A stretch of 64,000 nucleotides of DNA from an uncultured Gemmatimonadaceae bacterium (lineage in GTDB: Bacteria > Gemmatimonadota > Gemmatimonadetes > Gemmatimonadales > GWC2-71-9). How positions within the stretch are numbered: position 1 is the stretch's first letter; each line of letters opens with the position of its first letter. The position numbers were made by a program, and so were the translations under genes. The notes beneath the pieces were generated by a model, which was not told where the DNA came from, made no database searches, and saw only the letters and a list, made by a program, of their open reading frames with translations. The stretch lies in the NCBI GenBank assembly GCA_964421625.1, contig CAYQXR010000006.1, forward strand, positions 2,056 through 66,055, read 5' to 3'. Below are positions 57,844-64,000 of the stretch, piece after piece.

Positions 57844-57872
57844 ACCCGCCTTCCCCGCATCAGGAGGCGGGT
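57844..57872 (+). promoter_or_regulatory. Putative SD/start-codon sequestering hairpin of the riboswitch expression platform
   Basis: acccgcc (57844-57850) is the exact reverse complement of ggcgggt (57866-57872). That segment covers the 3' end of the AGGAGG SD (57862-57867) and the first two nt of the GTG start at 57871. Confidence 0.45.
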
Positions 57873-58875
57873 GTTGTCGTTGGAGAGGTCGCGTCGGTCA
57901 CCGTTGGTCCGGACCAGTCTGCTTGCGGCGGTGCTGGTCCCGGCCGTCCTGCTGCTGGGACTGTTCTGGGGGGCGGTCCCCTTGAGCCCCGGGGCCGTGA
58001 TCGCGGCCCTGACCGACCCGACTGCTCCCGGCGGCGAGATCGTCCGCCGACTGCGACTGCCACGTGTGCTGCTGGCCTTCGGCGTGGGCGGGACCCTGGC
58101 CGTCTGCGGGGCCGCCCTCCAGGCCCTGGTGCGCAATCCGCTGGCAGAGCCCTGGCTGCTGGGACTCTCCGGCGGGGCGTCGCTGGGCGCGGTGGCGGCG
58201 CTGGTGGTCGGGTTGGCTGGGCCCTGGGGGACATCGGCCAGCGCCGTGTTGGGCGCTCTGGCCACCGTGGCCCTGGTCTACCGACTGGCGGTAGCTGCCG
58301 GTCGACGCCTGGATCCGCGGGTGCTGCTGCTGGCGGGGGTGGTGGTCTCAGCCTTCACCGGAGCGGTCACCACCGCCCTCCTGATCACGGTCGATCCCTT
58401 CACCTTCCGCGCCGCGACCTTCTGGCTCTTCGGCGGCTTTGCCGGGGCAACCTGGGAGAGCGTGCGCCACTTCACGCTGATCGGCATCGTGCCGCTGGTG
58501 CTGCTGTACCGGCTGGCGCGTCCGCTCGATCTGCTTGCGCTGGGCGAAGAAGCCGCCGCGATGCTGGGAGCCGACGTGGACCGTACCCGCCGACTGGTGG
58601 TGATACTCACCTCCGTCCTGACGGCGGCGACCGTGGGCGTGGCCGGGATGATCGGGTTCGTTGGACTGGTCGTTCCGCATGCGCTGCGTGGCCTGGTCGG
58701 TCCGCTGCATCGGAGTCTGCTGCCGCTCACCTTCCTGGTGGGCGGGGGCTTCGTGGTGCTGGCCGATACACTCGCCCGCACTGTGGCGCGTCCGGCCGAA
58801 CTGCCGGTCGGCGTGGTCACGGCGCTGGTCGGTGTGCCGATCTTTGCCATCCTGCTGCGACGGACGCTCACCTGA
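57871..58875 (+). CDS. FecCD/BtuC-family ABC transporter permease (cobalamin/iron-siderophore type)
   Basis: 334-aa polytopic protein with the FecCD pattern (LPRVLLAFGVGGTLAVCGAALQALVRNPLAEPWLLGLSGGASLG, LPVGVVTALVGVPIFAILL). Lies downstream of a B12 riboswitch. Confidence 0.88.
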   Translation: MLSLERSRRSPLVRTSLLAAVLVPAVLLLGLFWGAVPLSPGAVIAALTDPTAPGGEIVRRLRLPRVLLAFGVGGTLAVCGAALQALVRNPLAEPWLLGLSGGASLGAVAALVVGLAGPWGTSASAVLGALATVALVYRLAVAAGRRLDPRVLLLAGVVVSAFTGAVTTALLITVDPFTFRAATFWLFGGFAGATWESVRHFTLIGIVPLVLLYRLARPLDLLALGEEAAAMLGADVDRTRRLVVILTSVLTAATVGVAGMIGFVGLVVPHALRGLVGPLHRSLLPLTFLVGGGFVVLADTLARTVARPAELPVGVVTALVGVPIFAILLRRTLT

Positions 58876-59711
58876 TGCTGGCCGCTACGGCTCTCACGGT
58901 GCGATATCCCGACGCCGACCGCGCCGCGCTGGACGGCGTGTCGCTCCAGGTCCGCCCGGGCGAACTGGTCGTAGCGGTCGGTCCGAACGGCAGCGGCAAG
59001 ACCACACTCCAGCGCGCCATGTTGGGGCTGGTACCCTGGGCGCAGGGGCAGGTGACGCTCGACGGTGTTGGCGTCGACACGCTGCCCCGTGCCCGCCTGG
59101 CCGGTCTGGTCGGCGCGCTGCCGCAGCGCGAGGAGCCGGCCTTCCCGCTGCGTGTGGGTGAGGCCGTGCTGCTGGGGCGCTGGTCTCGCCTCGGGCCGTT
59201 GGCTGCGGTCCGTGCCGAAGACCGCCGGGCGGCCGAAGAGGCCATGCAGCGCTGCGACCTCACCGCGCTGACAGACCGTCCGATCGAGACGCTCTCCGGC
59301 GGAGAGTGGCAGCGGGTCCGCCTGGCCCGGGCCCTCACGGCGGCACCGACCTACCTGCTGCTCGACGAGCCGACCGCCGCACTCGACATCGCCCACGAGA
59401 TGGAAGTCTTCTCCCTGCTGCGCGATCTCGCCGCCAGCGGGCTCGGGGTGCTGGTCATCACCCACCAGCTCGCCCTGGCCGCCCGCATGGCCGACCGCGC
59501 CCTGCTGCTCGATCGCGGGGTGCCGGTGGCCTCCGGACCTCCGGCGGAGGTCTTTACCGAGGCGCACCTGTCCAAGGTCTTCCAGTGGCCCATCGCCGTG
59601 CAGTCCATCGGCGGGGGACCACCCCTGATTGTTCCTGTTGCTGCTGACACCCGGGACGCTCTCCGGCGTTCCGACTCCTCATCACCCACGAAGGACGCTG
59701 CATGTCCATGA
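58875..59711 (+). CDS. ABC transporter ATP-binding protein (BtuD/FhuC-like)
   Basis: Walker A GPNGSGKTT, signature LSGGEWQRV and Walker B LLLDEPTAALD. ATG 58875 overlaps the permease stop (TGATG). Confidence 0.88.
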   Translation: MLAATALTVRYPDADRAALDGVSLQVRPGELVVAVGPNGSGKTTLQRAMLGLVPWAQGQVTLDGVGVDTLPRARLAGLVGALPQREEPAFPLRVGEAVLLGRWSRLGPLAAVRAEDRRAAEEAMQRCDLTALTDRPIETLSGGEWQRVRLARALTAAPTYLLLDEPTAALDIAHEMEVFSLLRDLAASGLGVLVITHQLALAARMADRALLLDRGVPVASGPPAEVFTEAHLSKVFQWPIAVQSIGGGPPLIVPVAADTRDALRRSDSSSPTKDAACP

Positions 59712-61669
59712 CACCACTGCGGATGGCATTGCCCCTGCTCCTCGGGGCCAGCCCGCTCCTCGGCCAGGCCGTTGCCGACACCACCCGACTCCCCGATCAG
59801 CTCGTGACCGCGACCAAGGTCGATGTCCGGGCCGGCATCGTGCCCGCGTCCACGACGGTGCTCTTCGCCGACGAGCTGCGCGCCCGCGGCGTCGTACGCG
59901 TGCAGGATGCCCTCCGCGAGGCCGCCGGGATCACCATCATGCCGAATGGCGCCACCTACGGCGCCGTCACCTCCGCCTTCCTCCGTGGCGGCGAGAGCGA
60001 CTACGTCAAGGTGCTGCTGGACGGCGTCCCCCTGAATGTTCCGGGTGGCGCCATTGACCTCGCCAACCTCACCCTCGACGGTCTGGAGCGGATCGAGATC
60101 GTCCGCGGCCCCGCCTCGGTGCTCTACGGGGCCGACGCGATGAGCGGCGTGATTCAACTCTTCTCGCGGGACGGGCGCGCCAACCGCCAGTCCGATGTGA
60201 ACATCTCGCGAGGCTCGTTCGGCAACGCCACCTACCGGATGGATATCGCGCAGGGCGGCAAGGCGACGACCTACTCCATCGGCGGCGGCCTGGTCAACAG
60301 CGACGGGATCTACCCGTTCAACAGCGAGTACCGGAATCGCGAACTCGGCGGGCGCCTGCAGACGGCCAACAGCAGCGGCACCAAGCTCTCCCTCTCGACC
60401 CGCTACTCCGACGTGACCGCGCACTATCCGACCGACTTCACCGGCGCGGTGGTGGACAGCAACCAGTTCGACCGGATCCGCACCATGACGATCGGGCTGG
60501 GTGTGACCCGACCCCTGTCGGGGTACACGGCGCTGGCCGTCCAGGCGCATGCGGCCCGCACGCGACGTGGCTACGAGAACCGGCCTGACTCGCCCGGCGA
60601 TGTGTTCGGCTACGGCTTCGAGGAGGATCGCGACGGGACCATGTGGCGCCGCGGCGCCGAAGCCCGGGTGGATTTCCTCCGGGCCAGCGGCAGTCGGACC
60701 TCGATCGGGGCGGCGTACGAGTTCGAATCCGAAGATCAGACCTCGCGCGCCATGTCGGACTACGGCACCGGCGCCTTCGAGGAGACCGGCAGCTTTACCG
60801 CCGACCGCAAGACGACGTCGGTCTTCTCCCAGTTCTACCTGACCCCGACCCCCTTCGTGACGCTCCAGCTCGGTGGGCGCCTCGACCGCAACTCGGCCTT
60901 TGGCAACTTCGGCACCTGGCGGGTGGGGGCCAACATCCAGAACCGCGAGGGCTGGCGCCTCTGGGGCGCGGCCGGTACCGCCTTCAAGGCGCCGACCTTC
61001 TCGGAACTGTTCGCGGCCAGTGCCTTCGAGATCGGCAACCCGGATCTCAATCCGGAGCGGAATACCAGCATCGAAGTCGGCCTGCGGCGGGCCCTGCCCA
61101 AGGCACGCGGGACCTTCTCGGTCACGGGCTTCTCGCAGCGGTTCCGCGACCTGATCCAGTACGTGAGCGGCGCCCCGGGCGACCCGACCTATGTGAACCT
61201 GGGCGAGGTCCGGTCCCGCGGAGTGGAGGCGGCCGTCTGGTACAAGCTGAGCCCAACCTTCAATGTGAAGGCCGCCTGGACCTGGCTCCGCACTGAAGTC
61301 ACTGACACCGGCGCGGTCTCGTCGGTCGCGTTCACCCAGGGTGAGGCGCTGATCCGCCGGCCGGCCCAGTCCGGGTCTCTGACGCTGGAGTATCAGGCCC
61401 ACGGCACCACGGCGGCCGTGGTGGTGAACCACGTCGGGGAGCGGGCGGACGCCGACTATCGCAGCTTCCCCTCGGTCCGCGCTACATTACCCTCCTACCA
61501 GACGGTGGATCTCTCCCTGACGCGGCCGCTCCGGTTCTCGAGCCGGGCCTCGTCGGGACTCGATCTCACCGTCCGCGGCGAGAATCTCTTCGACGCGGAG
61601 TACGAGCAGGTGGTCGGGTACCAGGCCCGGGGTCGGACTCTCTCCGTGGGAGTCCGCATTCACCGGTAG
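59702..61669 (+). CDS. TonB-dependent outer-membrane receptor (BtuB-like)
   Basis: Signal peptide, TonB-box-like DQLVTAT, plug motifs (IEIVRGPASVLYGADAMSGVIQL), and a long beta-barrel with NPDLNPERN. It ends in ...VRIHR rather than the usual aromatic residue. Confidence 0.88.
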   Translation: MSMTPLRMALPLLLGASPLLGQAVADTTRLPDQLVTATKVDVRAGIVPASTTVLFADELRARGVVRVQDALREAAGITIMPNGATYGAVTSAFLRGGESDYVKVLLDGVPLNVPGGAIDLANLTLDGLERIEIVRGPASVLYGADAMSGVIQLFSRDGRANRQSDVNISRGSFGNATYRMDIAQGGKATTYSIGGGLVNSDGIYPFNSEYRNRELGGRLQTANSSGTKLSLSTRYSDVTAHYPTDFTGAVVDSNQFDRIRTMTIGLGVTRPLSGYTALAVQAHAARTRRGYENRPDSPGDVFGYGFEEDRDGTMWRRGAEARVDFLRASGSRTSIGAAYEFESEDQTSRAMSDYGTGAFEETGSFTADRKTTSVFSQFYLTPTPFVTLQLGGRLDRNSAFGNFGTWRVGANIQNREGWRLWGAAGTAFKAPTFSELFAASAFEIGNPDLNPERNTSIEVGLRRALPKARGTFSVTGFSQRFRDLIQYVSGAPGDPTYVNLGEVRSRGVEAAVWYKLSPTFNVKAAWTWLRTEVTDTGAVSSVAFTQGEALIRRPAQSGSLTLEYQAHGTTAAVVVNHVGERADADYRSFPSVRATLPSYQTVDLSLTRPLRFSSRASSGLDLTVRGENLFDAEYEQVVGYQARGRTLSVGVRIHR

Positions 61670-61688
61670 CCGCCAGGGGAGGGGACCA

Positions 61689-62756
61689 ATGCGCTGGACG
61701 AGAATCAGCCTGCTGATGCTGCTGAGCGGCGGGGTCTGGGGATGCGCCCCGACCACGCCCTCCAGCGCCCCTCCGATTGAAGTACTGGTGGTGGTCTCCG
61801 ACGGGGATGAGCGGTCCATTCTGCTCGTCCCCACCGACCGGATCGACTCGACCACCACCATCCCGCTGGGGCCGGGCGCCGGGCGGATCACTTCGCTGGC
61901 CGTCCACGGCCGCTACGCCGCCATCGGCCTGGGCGAGGCCGACCAGGTGCTGGTGGTCGACCTGGCCACCGGCACCCGCCACACGCTGGTGCTCGCCGCT
62001 GGCGGCACGCTGAGCGGCATCGGTTTCTCTGCCGACGGCACCGGCTACGCGCTCACCCAGTTCACCGGCGCCGTGACCCGCTTCCATCCCAGTCAGGGCA
62101 TTCTGGCCCGGACCACCTACCCTGGTGGTCCTCGCCAGATGGTGTCGGCCCGCGGGCGGACCTTCGTGCTCTTCGGCCCGCGCGAGGTGGTCGACTGCAC
62201 CGACGATATGGCCGTCTGCAAGGCCATTCCCGGCTGGCTGTCGCCGCTGCAGAGCGGTGACCGGCTCGATTCCCTCCCGCTCCAGGGGGGTGGCAATCCC
62301 AACGGGGCAGTGGTCACCAACGACGGCACGCTGTACATCCTCAATCGGGGCGGGGAAGGAGTGCCCGGCTCGCTGTCGGCCTTCGATCCGATCCGCGAGC
62401 GCGAGACCGCAACCTTCCATGCCCTGGGCGAGGGGCCGCTCCATCTGGCCTACGACGGCGGCGAGCATATCCTGATCACCACCCGGACCGACGGCCTGCT
62501 GGTCTTCAACACCCGGCAGCGCGGCTTCGAGCGCGGCATTGGCGCCGGGATCCCGCTGCCCCGTCGTCCCCGCGCGCTGGCCACCGACGAACTGGGCCGC
62601 ACCTATGTCGTTGAAGCCGAAGGCTGTGGCGGCACGGTGAGCGGCCGAGTCCGCGTGTTTGGACGGGACCTGGTCGAGGGGCCGACCATCCCGGTCGGCA
62701 ACTGCCCCGTCGCGGCGGCTGTGACCGAGGTACCTCCGGGCCTCAACCCGCCCTGA
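61689..62756 (+). CDS. Putative lipoprotein with repetitive beta-strand (beta-propeller-like) sequence, last gene of the B12-riboswitch operon
   Basis: Lipobox LLSGGVWGC. It has repeated short beta-strand/turn units (e.g. AVVTNDGTLYILN, ATDELGRTYVVE). I cannot name a confident family. Confidence 0.62.
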   Translation: MRWTRISLLMLLSGGVWGCAPTTPSSAPPIEVLVVVSDGDERSILLVPTDRIDSTTTIPLGPGAGRITSLAVHGRYAAIGLGEADQVLVVDLATGTRHTLVLAAGGTLSGIGFSADGTGYALTQFTGAVTRFHPSQGILARTTYPGGPRQMVSARGRTFVLFGPREVVDCTDDMAVCKAIPGWLSPLQSGDRLDSLPLQGGGNPNGAVVTNDGTLYILNRGGEGVPGSLSAFDPIRERETATFHALGEGPLHLAYDGGEHILITTRTDGLLVFNTRQRGFERGIGAGIPLPRRPRALATDELGRTYVVEAEGCGGTVSGRVRVFGRDLVEGPTIPVGNCPVAAAVTEVPPGLNPP

Positions 62757-62771
62757 TCCGTGGGCGGCACC

Positions 62772-63524
62772 ATGCACCTGACACCGGCCCTGGTGGTCGG
62801 CGGGGTGCGGTACGGGGAGACGTCCCGCATCGTCCGACTGCTCACGCGGGACCACGGCCTGGTCAGCGCCCTGGCCCGGGGGGCCTTCCGACCGCGTTCA
62901 CGCTTTGGGGCCGCCCTGGCCCTGTTGAGTGAAGGCGAGGCGCATCTCACCTGGTCCCGCAGTAGTGACCTCCACACGCTGGCTGCCTTCGATCTCCGCA
63001 CCCCCCATCTCGCCCTCGCCGCCGATCTGGAGCGATTCCAGGCGGCCAGTGCCCTGGCAGAACTGCTGGGGAAGGCCGTGCCGACAGAACCCAACCCCGC
63101 CCTCTATCCGCTGGTGACCGGCGCCGTGTCGCTGCTGGAGACGGTGCCGCGCGACGGGCTCGCCGAGACCGCCGTCTACCTGATGTGGCGCGTGGTCGGG
63201 GCCCTTGGAGTGGCACCGGCCGTGGCCGAGTGTGTCCGCGACGGTCGGCCCATCGGCACTGAAGGGGGCACCCTCTCGCTGGCCGAGGGCGGCATGCTCT
63301 GCCCGGAGTGCCCCGGGGAGGGGGTGCGGCTGGGATCCGCCGATTTCGCCGCTCTGCGGGCCTTCCTGGGGCCGGGAGACCTGCCCCATGACCTTGATGA
63401 CCCCCACCTCGCCGCCCACCGTCGGCTGCTGCTGCGCTGGGTGCGGGCCCACCTGGTGGACGGTCCGCTGCCCGCCTTCGAGGGGTGGGTTCGGCCGTTT
63501 CACCTTGACAGCCAAGGCCGCTGA
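62772..63524 (+). CDS. recO: DNA repair protein RecO
   Basis: OB-fold N-terminus (ALVVGGVRYGETSRIVRLLTRDHGLVSALARGA) and a C-terminal zinc motif CxxC (CVRDG...CPEC). The start is ATG 62772 or GTG 62760. Confidence 0.85.
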   Translation: MHLTPALVVGGVRYGETSRIVRLLTRDHGLVSALARGAFRPRSRFGAALALLSEGEAHLTWSRSSDLHTLAAFDLRTPHLALAADLERFQAASALAELLGKAVPTEPNPALYPLVTGAVSLLETVPRDGLAETAVYLMWRVVGALGVAPAVAECVRDGRPIGTEGGTLSLAEGGMLCPECPGEGVRLGSADFAALRAFLGPGDLPHDLDDPHLAAHRRLLLRWVRAHLVDGPLPAFEGWVRPFHLDSQGR

Positions 63525-63633
63525 TCGGCAACTTGGGGGGGGATCCGCACCAGCGGCCCCTGACTCGGAATGGAGGGTGGACCCGCGCTCCTGGATTGTT
63601 CGTTCATGTCGTGAGCAGTGAGAGGAGTACCCA

Positions 63634-64000
63634 TGCACCGGATTGCTGGAGCGGTGCTGGGCGTCCTGTGTCTGATCGGCGGTGTCATGCCGCTTGCCGC
63701 GCAACGGGGAATCAGGTTGCCCCCGCTGCTGATCGAAGAACCGCGACCCCAGCCCACGCTGCCGGTCGCACTGGTGCCGTTCACCATCAGTGGGGAGGTC
63801 TGTCAGCAAGGGTATCAGCCGATCGTCACCTTCAAGCTCTACAGCGTCCTGGCGCGGGCGGAGGCCACTCTCCACCTCCGATCGGGCCGCGGTGAGCCGA
63901 TCGACTCGCTCCGCCTCCGCTGCGGCGATCATGTTGCGGTGTGGGACGGAACCATCGATGGAGGGGCCAGGCTGGCCCGACCCGGGCTCTACTATCTCCG
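63634..64000 (+). CDS. Partial secreted protein (3' end outside window), possible FlgD-Ig-like fold
   Basis: Absent from the supplied ORF track because it has no stop in the window. GAGAGGAG lies 5-12 nt upstream of ATG 63634. My own translation gives MHRIAGAVLGVLCLIGGVMPLAAQ (signal peptide) ... HVAVWDGTIDGGARLARPGLYYL. Confidence 0.5.

Noticed and set aside
57537-58874. Upstream part of a 724-aa + strand ORF spanning the riboswitch and the permease
   Set aside because: It is out of frame with the FecCD permease and crosses the riboswitch. The ABC ATPase homology begins at ATG 58875.
59351-61432. 693-aa minus-strand ORF
   Set aside because: It is antisense to the TonB-dependent receptor, which has clear plug and barrel motifs. 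It has shadow-ORF composition.

Overview
Very GC-rich 64-kb chromosomal core segment, almost fully coding. I call about 59 protein genes, 54 of them on the + strand. Many junctions are 4-nt ATGA/GTGA stop-start overlaps, so long translationally coupled operons are likely. TonB-dependent receptor, outer-membrane barrel and lipoprotein genes indicate a diderm. A Gemmatimonadota-like organism is only a guess and cannot be verified here.

Gene content in order:
- Complete dcw division/cell-wall cluster ftsI-murE-murF-mraY-murD-ftsW-murG-murC-ftsQ-ftsA-ftsZ, followed by an M23 peptidase, a vWA-like membrane protein and ftsY.
- recG, followed by two paralogous uncharacterised zinc-ribbon membrane proteins.
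- asnS, mazG, alr.
- A lipoprotein plus outer-membrane barrel pair.
- miaB, a comFB-like gene and comEC.
- fbp and an S9/DPP-IV peptidase with RGG tracts.
- argS and a PfkB-PurM fusion.
- ribD-ribE-ribBA-ribH-nusB and a glycosyltransferase.
- hprK plus a complete mannose-family PTS with ptsH and ptsI.
- metK and ahcY.
- A Lys/Ala-rich histone-H1-like protein with a hydrophobic tail.
- An ECF sigma factor and Ser/Thr kinase pair.
- A cobalamin riboswitch controlling btuC/btuD/btuB-like genes plus a putative beta-propeller lipoprotein.
- recO and a partial secreted protein at the window edge.

I saw no rRNA, tRNA, CRISPR array, transposase or integrase. This is mostly housekeeping DNA with no clear novel multi-gene system. 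The most unusual items:
- The recG-coupled zinc-ribbon paralogue pair.
- The riboswitch-controlled lipoprotein, in an operon with no BtuF.
- The PfkB-PurM fusion.
- The tail-anchored histone-like protein.
- The twice-occurring GGRGGVGGRGGG motif in a secreted peptidase.

All homology calls rest on motif recognition by eye. No database search was run.
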